Of a stretch of 64,000 nucleotides of DNA, positions 8,415-17,689 are shown in pieces. Each line of letters begins with the position of its first letter. The first letter of the stretch is position 1. Made by a program: the position numbers and the translations under genes. The stretch covers positions 288,001 to 352,000 of the forward strand of contig CAXXWC010000018.1 in assembly GCA_963668645.2 (NCBI GenBank), given 5' to 3'. The notes below the pieces were generated by a model, which was given only the letters and a program-made list of their open reading frames with translations, had not been told where the DNA came from and did no database searches. Origin of the DNA: Desulfobacterales bacterium. GTDB lineage: Bacteria; Desulfobacterota; Desulfobacteria; Desulfobacterales; UBA2174.

Positions 8415-10162
8415 AGGTCGATAAAGCCCGTAGCGGCCGCCTGCCCATCTACTATGCCAAAACCCTATTCCGGTACGCGAAGTACCGGGTATGGTTGTCG
8501 CTCGGTCTGATGGTCTTTTCGGGATTGACCCAGGGGGTGGGGCTGGTGATGCTGATCCCTTTTCTGGGTCTGATCGGCCTGGGAGGAGCTGACGGGCCGG
8601 GTGGCCTAACTGCGCATGCCGGCCGCATTTTCGGCTGGTTCAATCTGGATTTGAACCTTGTGACGGTCTTGTGTCTGTATGTATGCATTATCGCGATCTA
8701 TGCCGCGGCGACACGGTATCAGACCGTCCTGAATACCCGGATCGTCTACGGGTTCACGCAGGCGCTCAGGGATCGTCTATACCGATCGCTCTGCCGGGCC
8801 GAATGGCTCTGCCTGCTGCGTACCCGGTCCTCGGATGTCACCCAGGCCTTGACTAGTGACACCCAACGCGTGGGCTTTGCCACCCAGCAACTACTGCATC
8901 TGGGCAGCACTCTCATCATTGCCAGCGTCCACATCTGGGTCTCCCTGATCATCTCCCCCCCCATGACCCTGTTCGCGCTCGCCTGCGTCGGGGGCTTTCT
9001 CCTTTTGCTCCGCCCACTCAATCGAACGGCCCACGGCACAGGTGAGGCACTGAGGGGGAACATGACCAAACTGTATGGAGAGGTCACCGAACATCTGGGC
9101 GGCATGAAGCTCGCCAGGAGCTACAGCTTAGATGAGGTTCATGAGGAAAATTTCAGCGGGATCACCCGGGGCGTCACCGATCAGATGGTCCGGTTTATCA
9201 GGATCAATTCGGCGACGCGCATGATTTATGAAATCGGAGCGGCCGTGGTCCTGGCGATTTTTTTCTTTATTGCGGTGGAAATCTACCGTATGCCTGCGGA
9301 CAGTCTGCTGATCATCGTTTTTCTGTTTGCCCGTCTCCTGCCCAGGTTTTCTTCAATGCAGCAGTCCGCACAACGGATCGTCAATACCCTGCCGTCGTTT
9401 CAGGCGGTACTCGACATGAAAGAACGGTTTGAGGCCGCAGGGGAACCACCGCCATCCGGCGTCGCGAAACGGGTCGGGCTGGAAGGGGAAATCGGCATCT
9501 CCCACGTCTTTTTCCGGTACGACCGGAATTTCGAGACGTGGGCCCTTCGGGATGTGAGTCTGGTTGTTCCCGCCCGGGGGATGACGGCCCTTGTGGGACC
9601 GTCCGGGGCAGGGAAGAGCACCCTGGCGGATTTGATCCTGGGGCTTCTCTCACCGGAACGGGGGAGCATAACCATCGACGGCCGTCCCCTGAAGGACGGT
9701 TTTGTGCACGCCTGGCGGCGCTCGGTCGGGTATGTGCCCCAGGACACCTTTTTGTTCCACGACACGATTCGTGCCAACCTGCTCTGGGCCATGCCGAATG
9801 CAACGGAAGAAGATCTCTGGGCCGCGCTTGAACTGGCATCGGCCCGTGATTTCGTATCCCGATTGCCCCAGGGGATCGATACGGTGGTGGGGGACCGGGG
9901 GATGCGGGTTTCAGGCGGTGAACGCCAGCGGATCGCCCTGGCCCGGGCCCTGCTGCGTAAACCGACCCTTCTGTTGCTGGATGAGGCCACCAGTTCCGTG
10001 GATTCGGAAAGCGAGCGGCGGATTCAGCAGGCCGTCAACAAAATTCGCGGCGGACTGACCATTGTCGTGATCGCCCACCGGTCTTCCACTATCCTGATGG
10101 CCGACACGGTTGCAACCCTTGATAAGGGGACGATCGTGGATGGTTCTGCGGTATTTTCTTAA
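8411..10162 (+). CDS. ABC exporter, fused permease/ATPase (lasso D type)
   Basis: N-terminal TM domain, GPSGAGKS, VSGGERQR, LLLDEATS. ATGA coupling to the nucleotidyltransferase. Confidence 0.9.
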   Translation: MKVDKARSGRLPIYYAKTLFRYAKYRVWLSLGLMVFSGLTQGVGLVMLIPFLGLIGLGGADGPGGLTAHAGRIFGWFNLDLNLVTVLCLYVCIIAIYAAATRYQTVLNTRIVYGFTQALRDRLYRSLCRAEWLCLLRTRSSDVTQALTSDTQRVGFATQQLLHLGSTLIIASVHIWVSLIISPPMTLFALACVGGFLLLLRPLNRTAHGTGEALRGNMTKLYGEVTEHLGGMKLARSYSLDEVHEENFSGITRGVTDQMVRFIRINSATRMIYEIGAAVVLAIFFFIAVEIYRMPADSLLIIVFLFARLLPRFSSMQQSAQRIVNTLPSFQAVLDMKERFEAAGEPPPSGVAKRVGLEGEIGISHVFFRYDRNFETWALRDVSLVVPARGMTALVGPSGAGKSTLADLILGLLSPERGSITIDGRPLKDGFVHAWRRSVGYVPQDTFLFHDTIRANLLWAMPNATEEDLWAALELASARDFVSRLPQGIDTVVGDRGMRVSGGERQRIALARALLRKPTLLLLDEATSSVDSESERRIQQAVNKIRGGLTIVVIAHRSSTILMADTVATLDKGTIVDGSAVFS

Positions 10163-10247
10163 TTCGGATATGGGTGCTACCCCCTGTGTCAGGATAGTTG
10201 TCGCATGAACTGAGATCCTTTATAAGAGGGGCGCAGGAGGTTCATGC

Positions 10248-10742
10248 ATGCGATATTCACCAGAGCGTAAGGAAGCGGTTCTCAAAAAGATGATGCCGCC
10301 GCACAACCGAACGATCAAACATCTGGCTGTCGAAGAAGGCATAAGTGAAGCCACGTTATACAATTGGCGCCAGCAAGCCCGGACGAAAGGGATTTTGATG
10401 CCTGACGGCGATGCCGGTCCCGAGGGCTGGAATGCCCGTGACAAGTTCGCGGCTGTCATGGAAAGCGCCTCTTTGAACGAACAGCAAACGGCCGAATACT
10501 GTAGACAAAAAGGCATTTATCCACATCAGTTGGAACAATGGCGCAGGGCCTGTGAAGATGCCAACGACTGGGACAGACAGGCCAACATTAAACTCAAGGC
10601 CGAGCAGAATACCCACCGTAAGCGTATCAGGGATCTTGAAAAAGAACTCCATCGCAAGGACAAGGCCCTTGCCGAAGCGGCAGCCCTGCTGGTGCTGCAA
10701 AAAAAAGTCCAGGCGATCTGGGGGGCCCCCGAGGACGAATGA
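10248..10742 (+). CDS. IS3 transposase OrfA (HTH)
   Basis: EEGISEATLYNWR HTH. A8G slippery run at 10699-10707 upstream of the -1 frame orfB. Confidence 0.9.
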   Translation: MRYSPERKEAVLKKMMPPHNRTIKHLAVEEGISEATLYNWRQQARTKGILMPDGDAGPEGWNARDKFAAVMESASLNEQQTAEYCRQKGIYPHQLEQWRRACEDANDWDRQANIKLKAEQNTHRKRIRDLEKELHRKDKALAEAAALLVLQKKVQAIWGAPEDE

Positions 10743-11806
10743 TCAGCACCGCTGATCGCCGTAAAACTGTATCGCTGATCAATGACGCGTGCCGCGATGG
10801 TGCCCGCTTGGCGCAGGCCTGTCGGGTAATTGATATCAGTATCCGAACCTACCAGCGCTGGACCCGAAGCGGAGAAGTCCAACCGGACACCCGTTCGACC
10901 ATCGCGCGGCCGGAACCGGCAAATAAACTGACACTAAAAGAAAGGCAGCAAGTTCTGGATGTCTGTCACCAGCCTGAATATGCCAGTCTGGCCCCAGGCC
11001 AGATCGTGCCCATCCTGGCCGATCAGGGTATCTATATCGCGTCCGAATCGAGTTTTTACCGGATCCTTCGTGACGCCGATGAACAACATCACCGCGGCAG
11101 GAGTGCCAAACCGCATCACCATAAGCGCCCAGCGGGCTATTGCGCCACAGGGCCGAATCAGGTCTGGAGTTGGGATATAACGTGGCTGCCATCACCAATC
11201 CGGGGCATGTTCTATTACCTGTACATGATTGTGGATGTTTACAGCCGGAAAATCGTCGGTTGGGAAGTCCAACCGATGGAAAGCGCCAACCTTGCCGCAT
11301 CGTTGCTTCACAAGGCGGTTATGGCCCAGGGGTGCCTGCTTGATCCGCCCGTGCTGCATGCAGACAATGGGAGTGCTCAAAAGGGCTTTACCATGAAAGC
11401 GAAAATGGAGGCGCTGGGTGTAACCCCGTCCTACAGCCGGCCGAGAGTGAGCAATGACAACCCTTACTCGGAAGCGCTGTTTCGCACCTTCAAATATCGT
11501 CCGCAATATCCGGTCAAGGGATTTGAAAGCATTGAAGCCTCCCGGCAGTGGGTGGACCGTTTCGTTAAATGGTACAACGAGCAACACCGCCACAGCGCGA
11601 TTCGATATGTCACCCCCGACCAGCGTCATACGGGAAAAGACATCGAGATCCTTGCCAGTCGCCACCAGATCTATGAACAGGCCAAAAAACGTCGGCACGA
11701 TCGGTGGAGCGGCTCAACGCGCAACTGGGAACCGATCCGGCAAGTCTGGCTGAACTGCCCGGACAACGGACAACCCAACGTATCGGCTTGTTCAAAGGCC
11801 GCGTGA
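10739..11806 (+). CDS. IS3 transposase OrfB (rve DDE integrase)
   Basis: NQVWSWDITW, VDVYSRKIVGW, LHADNG, SNDNPYSEALFRTFK. Confidence 0.92.
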   Translation: MISTADRRKTVSLINDACRDGARLAQACRVIDISIRTYQRWTRSGEVQPDTRSTIARPEPANKLTLKERQQVLDVCHQPEYASLAPGQIVPILADQGIYIASESSFYRILRDADEQHHRGRSAKPHHHKRPAGYCATGPNQVWSWDITWLPSPIRGMFYYLYMIVDVYSRKIVGWEVQPMESANLAASLLHKAVMAQGCLLDPPVLHADNGSAQKGFTMKAKMEALGVTPSYSRPRVSNDNPYSEALFRTFKYRPQYPVKGFESIEASRQWVDRFVKWYNEQHRHSAIRYVTPDQRHTGKDIEILASRHQIYEQAKKRRHDRWSGSTRNWEPIRQVWLNCPDNGQPNVSACSKAA

Positions 11807-11881
11807 TGAGAAATGATTTTCAAAGAGCGATTGAAAAATCGAGATGATGCCAATCATCTCGATATGAGCCCACGAGCCGGA

Positions 11882-11940
11882 AGCCTTGGCAATGTCAAGG
11901 GCGCGCAGCGTTCATCTTGACCCTTGACATTGCCAAGGCT
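11882..11940. repeat. Perfect 20-bp inverted repeat in the IS3 3' non-coding region
   Basis: AGCCTTGGCAATGTCAAGGG - 19 nt - CCCTTGACATTGCCAAGGCT. Confidence 0.9.
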
Positions 11941-12109
11941 GGAGGCTACCGCGCAGATGATGTGGAACATGGCCGCCAGCTTTGAGAATGTTTTTCCAAA
12001 AAAGGCGACATCTACCTTGACAGACACCGGCTATGTCTCGACGTCAGGAGCTTTCGGCAAGCATGTGCTGGATGGTAAACATTGAAAACGTAAAGGTGTA
12101 ACGACTGCC

Positions 12110-13093
12110 ATGATTCAGGAAATCGTCAAAAATCTGTTCCGCATTCAGGTTCCTCTGCCCAACACTCCGTTGAAATCCCTCAACAGCTATGTCGTGCGGA
12201 ACGGGGAACGAAGCCTTATCGTGGACACCGGTCTTAACCACGATGTCTGCTTTCAAGCGCTCCAGGAGGGGCTGAAGGCCCTCGACGTGGATGCGGCCAA
12301 AGCCGACATTTTCATCACCCACCTGCACGCAGATCACTTCGGGCTGGTGACCCGGATGGCGACCGAGGATACCCGGGTATACTTCAACCGGCCGGATGCG
12401 GAGATCGTCGAGTCGTGGGAAGGCTTAGGCCCTATGCTCGAGCATGCCGGGCGCAATGGATTTCCAGTTGACCGCCTTCAAGCCGCCCTGGAGGCCCATC
12501 CGGCCAACCGGTACGGTTCGGACTGGATCCCGCCGTTGGAGGTTCTCGCGGACGGGGACATCATCAGGGTAGGGGACTTCGAATTCCACTGCGTATCCAC
12601 GCCGGGCCACAGCATGGGGCATATGTGCCTCTATGAGCCGAATCAGGAACTGTTGATTGCCGGCGACCATATCCTTATCGATATCACCCCCAACATTCAA
12701 TGCTGGTCGGACCGGCAAAATCCCCTCAAGAACTATCTGGAGAGCCTGGAGAAGATCGCCGCCATGAAAGTGAAGAAGACCCTGCCGGGTCATCGGCGCC
12801 TGATGGACGACCCGGGTCCGAGGATCCGAGAACTGCAAGCCCATCACCGGGCCCGGCTTGACGAGGTGGTGGAGATTCTTGCCGGCGGTCCACAGAACGC
12901 CTATCATACCGCCGCCCGGATGACCTGGGACATCAAGGCCGAAAACTGGGACGCTTTTCCCGTGGCCCAGCAGTGGTTTGCCACCGGAGAAGCCCTGTCG
13001 CATCTGAGATACCTGGAAGAGGCGGGAAAGATCGTCAGGTCGGAATCCAAGGGGGTTATCCAATTTGCAATCCGCCGCATCGGGATAGACTGA
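12110..13093 (+). CDS. MBL-fold metallo-hydrolase with C-terminal winged helix
   Basis: THLHADHFG, TPGHSMGH, IAGDH, PGH motifs. Confidence 0.88.
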   Translation: MIQEIVKNLFRIQVPLPNTPLKSLNSYVVRNGERSLIVDTGLNHDVCFQALQEGLKALDVDAAKADIFITHLHADHFGLVTRMATEDTRVYFNRPDAEIVESWEGLGPMLEHAGRNGFPVDRLQAALEAHPANRYGSDWIPPLEVLADGDIIRVGDFEFHCVSTPGHSMGHMCLYEPNQELLIAGDHILIDITPNIQCWSDRQNPLKNYLESLEKIAAMKVKKTLPGHRRLMDDPGPRIRELQAHHRARLDEVVEILAGGPQNAYHTAARMTWDIKAENWDAFPVAQQWFATGEALSHLRYLEEAGKIVRSESKGVIQFAIRRIGID

Positions 13094-13094
13094 A

Positions 13095-13619
13095 ATGGCG
13101 CAAGACCGGTCGTTGAAAAATATCGGCCTGATTGGCATGCCCGGAGCCGGCAAGAGTACGGTGGGGGTGCTGCTGGCCAAGCGGTGCGCCCTGGCCTTTA
13201 CCGACACGGACCTGCTGATCCAGACCGGTGAGGGGCGGCGCCTGGAGGAGATCATCCGGCGGGTCGGCATCGAGGGGTTCTGCGATCTCGAGGCGCGCTA
13301 CCTGATCGATTTGAGGGAAACGAGCGGGGTGATCGCCACCGGCGGCTCGGTGGTCTACCGCCCTGGTGGCATGGCCCGGCTCAAGGCCCTGGGGCCGGTA
13401 CTCTATTTGAACGTGCCGCCGCCGGTGCTGGCCGAGCGGCTCGGGGACCTGGACCAGCGGGGCGTGATCCGCGGCCCGGGCCAAACCTTGGAGGACCTGC
13501 ACCGCGAGCGCGATCCGCTCTACCGGCGCTATGCCGATCATGTCGTCGATTGCGGTGACCTGGTGCCGGAGCGCGTGGTGGAGCGGATCCTGGCACAACT
13601 GGCCGTCGATGAGCCTTAA
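13095..13619 (+). CDS. aroK: Shikimate kinase
   Basis: IGMPGAGKSTVG, DTD, VIATGGS, ERDPLYRRYAD. Confidence 0.9.
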   Translation: MAQDRSLKNIGLIGMPGAGKSTVGVLLAKRCALAFTDTDLLIQTGEGRRLEEIIRRVGIEGFCDLEARYLIDLRETSGVIATGGSVVYRPGGMARLKALGPVLYLNVPPPVLAERLGDLDQRGVIRGPGQTLEDLHRERDPLYRRYADHVVDCGDLVPERVVERILAQLAVDEP

Positions 13620-13671
13620 TCAGAGTAAATAAATAACTCGCTGTTTTAAGATTGACATCAGGTTTTCCCGG

Positions 13672-13699
13672 AGGGTAGCTGGCCATTGCCGGCTACCCT
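13672..13699. terminator. Hairpin between convergent aroK and IclR genes
   Basis: AGGGTAGCTGGC-CATT-GCCGGCTACCCT followed by a T-rich stretch. Confidence 0.55.
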
Positions 13700-13705
13700 T
13701 ACTTT

Positions 13706-14479
13706 TTACACACGACTATCCCCGGAGACCTCTTCTGCAATTTCTAACAAATCCCTTAAAATGTTTTTATCTTGCTTTTTTAGCTCAGCATCTTCTTCTG
13801 TAAAAGATACCCCCAATGACGCCTCGACCTTCTTGTTGATTATTATTGGTACAGCATAATTATACCATCCGATTGAAAATTGATTGTGTGCTGTAGCATA
13901 TCCTTGTTTTTTGTATTCTATGAATTTTTTTTGTAATATTTCTTTGTCTGTAATCGTGTGTTTGTTGAATTTTCTAATATCGGAAGCTTCAAGAATTCTT
14001 TTTCTCTCTTCTTCGCTCATAAATGCTAAAAAACAACGCCCTAGTCCCGAACAATAAGCAGGTAAGCGGGTACCGATTTTATAATCAATATTTGATAAAG
14101 ATGAACCAATAATTCTCTCGATAAAAATTATATCCGTGCCATCAAAAATGGCTAAACTAACATTTATATCATACTTTCTGTTCATCCGAAGCATATATGG
14201 ATGCAGCCTCTTCCTTAAATCAATATTATTTAAAAAAGTAAAACCTAAGGAGAGTACTTTGCTGGTAAGTGAATACCTTTTTGTCTCCATATCAATGTCT
14301 AAATAGCCCAAATCTATCAACGTTCTAATATAACGAGTGGTTGAGGGCATATTCATTTTGGTGAATTTTGATATTTCGCTTAGACTGAGCGACTTTTGTC
14401 TATAATTAAACGCCTCCAGGACGCTTAATCCCTTTTCGAGCGCAAATACAAAATACCGTGCCATGCTGTTCCCTTCCAA
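13706..14479 (-). CDS. IclR-family transcriptional regulator
   Basis: ALEKGLSVLEAF HTH, GTRLPAYCSGLGRCFLAF. Confidence 0.9.
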   Translation of the reverse strand: MEGNSMARYFVFALEKGLSVLEAFNYRQKSLSLSEISKFTKMNMPSTTRYIRTLIDLGYLDIDMETKRYSLTSKVLSLGFTFLNNIDLRKRLHPYMLRMNRKYDINVSLAIFDGTDIIFIERIIGSSLSNIDYKIGTRLPAYCSGLGRCFLAFMSEEERKRILEASDIRKFNKHTITDKEILQKKFIEYKKQGYATAHNQFSIGWYNYAVPIIINKKVEASLGVSFTEEDAELKKQDKNILRDLLEIAEEVSGDSRV

Positions 14480-14677
14480 TCTTGACTCGCTCGTAACAAA
14501 TCAAACAAATGTTGTTGATTTTTGTGATTTGTCCTCTCCAATGTAACGGTCTGTATTTATAGAAATATGTATACTGTAATGAGAAATATTTGTCAAGAGG
14601 GGAGAGAATCTTTACTTGAATTATTGCAGCTTATGGAATCTGATCTTTCGCGAAATCATCAATCTTTTTGCCATTTT

Positions 14678-15976
14678 TTAGGTGATGGCATACCTGAAAT
14701 TCTGGAAGCCCCCTTCCGTGTCAAATTGCATTTCAGCAGGTTGATCATCGAGAATATCGAGGAACTCGTTCCTCTTTGCTTCTTCATGCAGCGAATCTGA
14801 AATTGCGATTGTTTCAATATCTCTGGTGTTTTGTATATAAACTAGGCGCAGTTCATTGTCGCTTCCCAATCCTGCCGTTCTGATTCCGGCTTCGATCGCC
14901 TCTTTGTCATTTTGCATGACGCACGGGATCGCACCGTGCTCCGGTGACATAGATATGATACAATTTTTTGATGTTACATCGATATCCATCTCCTCATAGA
15001 CTCGCTTGGTCGTCAGATCCGCCAAACCGATACCGAGCGCATTTCCATGAGTCCCCTGTGTAAGGCTCAGGACCACGATCCGATCTATGGCGGGGCTTTG
15101 GGGTTCATTTTGATGAATCAGGCGCCTTCTTCCAAGAATACGGCCATCCATTCCAGAGCCGATGATATCTTTTCCAATTTCTCCTACCACCAAGACATGC
15201 AGCCTTTCAAACGGGAGTTTAATCGCCATACTTTTGGCCTTTACGAGAAGTTTTTTCTCCTCCTCATAGATCGAACAAGGCTCTATGCATTTGATGATAG
15301 CCGCCTTTCCTTTCCAGTTTTCAACAATTCCTACGCCGCAGAGCACAGAGATTTTTTCCATTATGGCCGTTCCGACTCCGTAAATGACCTTTTCATATCC
15401 ATGGATCATGGCATGAGTATGGGCAACAGTCGCCCCCTCCGGACCACCCAGCCCAATGGTAACCATCTTGTGAAGGCCGCTTTCAATTTCACCACTGAAA
15501 TCAGTGTGCTTTTTGATCTTGTTGACGACAATGGTATAATCTGCTTCCAGAGCCAAGCGATTGCAAAAAGCCGGTGTGCCAAAGTTTGTTTCTCCCACCA
15601 GGACCGACTCTATACAAGGAGTTATAGACGCACCTACTGTAGACTCCGTTATCCCCAGGCCTTTCAACACATCGACCTGTCCCTGTTCTGTGCATCCTCC
15701 GTGGCTCCCCATGGCTGGGAGAACAAACGGGCTCCCTCCCTCTTTTTTTACAAACTCAACAATTGTTTTGATAACTTCCGCAATGGCATCTATGCCTCGA
15801 CTTCCCCCTGTAATACAAACGCTTTTCCCTTCGAGTTGTCTTGGCTTTAAACTGATTCGCCCTAACTCTTCTGAAACCTTTTTCGGCACATCTTCAATTC
15901 GATATGCCGGATATGTCTGCCGTACTCTGTAAAGCCGGGGAAATTGATGCCCATATCCATAATTTTTATCGTTCAT
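14678..15976 (-). CDS. Lactate racemase (LarA N-terminal / DUF2088)-domain protein
   Basis: ITGGSRGI, PAMGSHGG, VNKIKKHTDF, ESGLHKMVTIGLG, HGNALGIG. Confidence 0.7.
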   Translation of the reverse strand: MNDKNYGYGHQFPRLYRVRQTYPAYRIEDVPKKVSEELGRISLKPRQLEGKSVCITGGSRGIDAIAEVIKTIVEFVKKEGGSPFVLPAMGSHGGCTEQGQVDVLKGLGITESTVGASITPCIESVLVGETNFGTPAFCNRLALEADYTIVVNKIKKHTDFSGEIESGLHKMVTIGLGGPEGATVAHTHAMIHGYEKVIYGVGTAIMEKISVLCGVGIVENWKGKAAIIKCIEPCSIYEEEKKLLVKAKSMAIKLPFERLHVLVVGEIGKDIIGSGMDGRILGRRRLIHQNEPQSPAIDRIVVLSLTQGTHGNALGIGLADLTTKRVYEEMDIDVTSKNCIISMSPEHGAIPCVMQNDKEAIEAGIRTAGLGSDNELRLVYIQNTRDIETIAISDSLHEEAKRNEFLDILDDQPAEMQFDTEGGFQNFRYAIT

Positions 15977-16099
15977 TATTTTTCTTCTGTCGCTGAATCA
16001 TTTACGACGACGACCGGCTTCTCAAGCGTTATGCCGAGAACCCTCAACGGGCCGCTGGATCACCGATTCGCGAAAGCCATACTGGGAACAGAACTCAAG

Positions 16100-16313
16100 G
16101 CACCCTACGGGCCGCCACAAGGCCAATGCGAGGTGCAGGCTGGTCAACCTCTATCCCCCAGATAGCCTACCGGCCATTGGCGGCTTAGGAGCCGTTTGCC
16201 AGATCGGAAGTGGCGTATGGACCAGCTGATCAGCGAACGGTTACGAGACAATCTGTAATGGCGGCTCTCAAGCTCATCCAAACGGCCGCGCGATGTCTTG
16301 GTCGCTTTCCTGT
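16100..16313 (+). pseudogene. Decayed IS21 istA-end/istB-start remnant (left part)
   Basis: GTATGGACCAGCTGATCAGCGAACGGTTACGAGACAATCTG resembles the intact istB start at 17677. Contains stops and indels. Confidence 0.75.
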
Positions 16314-16414
16314 TGTCACTGGTAATGCAAAAATGTACCAAAAAAGGGAATGAAAAGTGTACCACCTCCGTGGCCGGATCATGGTAGGACCCTCCAAGAA
16401 AGGAGGGCTTCGCC

Positions 16415-17689
16415 ATGATCGCAAGGGAGGTCTTCATGGACATTCTTTCCTATTACCGCCAAGGGTTGTCTCAGCGAGCCATCTCGCGAAAGCTTGGCAT
16501 TCACCGCGACACGGTAAAAAAGTATATCTCTCAGCCCCAGGCGCCGGAGTACTCAAAAACCAGCAAAAGGGAGTCGATCCTGGCGCCGTTCTACCAGATG
16601 ATTGAAGACTGGCTGGCCCAAGATGACTATCGGGCTGCCTGGATCTTCCAGAGGATCAAAGATCTTGGATATTCAGGCAGCTACGATACGGTCAAGCCGT
16701 TTGTGCGATCCATCAAAGCCCGCAACCGGCGCCAGGCCTACCTGCGCTTCGAGACCGTGCCCGGGCTCCAGGGGCAGGTCGATTGGGGCGATTTCAAGGT
16801 CAGTGCGGCCGGCGCCGTGGATCTGACGCTTTACCTCTTTGTCCTCGTATTAGGCTTTTCGCGCGCCATGTATGCCGAATTCGTCAGCCAATGCACCCTC
16901 CAAGCATTCATGGATGCCCACATACACGCCTTTAAATACCTGTGCGGTGTGCCTTTCGAGCTGCTCTACGACAACATGCGCAACGTCTTTTCCGGCCGTC
17001 AGAACGCAAAGCCGGTCATCAACGTCGAGTTTACGCATTTTGCCAACCACTACGGTTTCAAGCCGATCCTCTGTGCGCCTTACAGCCCCTGGGTCAAGGG
17101 AAAGGTGGAACGGCCGATGGACTACATCCGCGAAGCCTTCTGGAGAGGCTACCGCTTTACCAGCCTGGAGGCGGCCAACCACGATCTTCTACAGTGGCTT
17201 TCCCAGACGGCCAACCGGCGCACACACGGCACCCACCGCCAGCCGGTGGACATGCGCTGGCAGCAGGAGGTCAAGAGCCTCAGCCCGGTCATGCCCGACT
17301 ACGACACCGCCATCAAGGTCTATCGCAAGGTCTACAAGGACTGCATGGTCTCCTACAACGCCAGCCGCTACCAAGTCCCTCCGGAAGCGGTGGGCAAGAA
17401 AGTGTTGTTGAAGATCAAAGACGGCGCCGTGCGGATTTACGACGACGACCGGCTGCTCAAGACCTATGCCCAGAGCGATGAAAAGGGCCGATGGATGACC
17501 GATCCGGCCATCATCAAGCAGATCCTCGATCTGCGCCGCGAACAGCCCTGTCAGCCGCCCTACGGCCGCCCCAAGGGCAAAGCCACCCGCGGCCTAGTCA
17601 ACGCCAGTCTCTTTCCCCAGGTAGCCTGTCGGCCGCTGTCCGAGTATGAACAGTTTGCCCAGAAAGGAGGCGGGGTATGGACCAGCTGA
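16415..17689 (+). CDS. istA: IS21 transposase IstA
   Basis: HTH, RFETVPGLQGQVDWG, LYDNM, KGKVER. Confidence 0.93.
   Translation: MIAREVFMDILSYYRQGLSQRAISRKLGIHRDTVKKYISQPQAPEYSKTSKRESILAPFYQMIEDWLAQDDYRAAWIFQRIKDLGYSGSYDTVKPFVRSIKARNRRQAYLRFETVPGLQGQVDWGDFKVSAAGAVDLTLYLFVLVLGFSRAMYAEFVSQCTLQAFMDAHIHAFKYLCGVPFELLYDNMRNVFSGRQNAKPVINVEFTHFANHYGFKPILCAPYSPWVKGKVERPMDYIREAFWRGYRFTSLEAANHDLLQWLSQTANRRTHGTHRQPVDMRWQQEVKSLSPVMPDYDTAIKVYRKVYKDCMVSYNASRYQVPPEAVGKKVLLKIKDGAVRIYDDDRLLKTYAQSDEKGRWMTDPAIIKQILDLRREQPCQPPYGRPKGKATRGLVNASLFPQVACRPLSEYEQFAQKGGGVWTS

Larger units (their letters stand above)
10180..12029 (+). mobile_element. IS3-family insertion sequence, apparently intact
   Basis: Imperfect 25-bp terminal IRs (CCCCCTGTGTCAGGATAGTTGTCGC / CGGTGTCTGTCAAGGTAGATGTCGC) flanked by a GCTA direct repeat (10176-10179, 12030-12033). 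Contains orfA and orfB. Confidence 0.85.

Noticed and set aside
16314..16370. CRISPR-like short repeats (TGTACCA units here and at 18470-18522)
   Set aside because: These are the internal repeats of IS21 ends, not a spacer array. No CRISPR array or cas gene was seen in the window.
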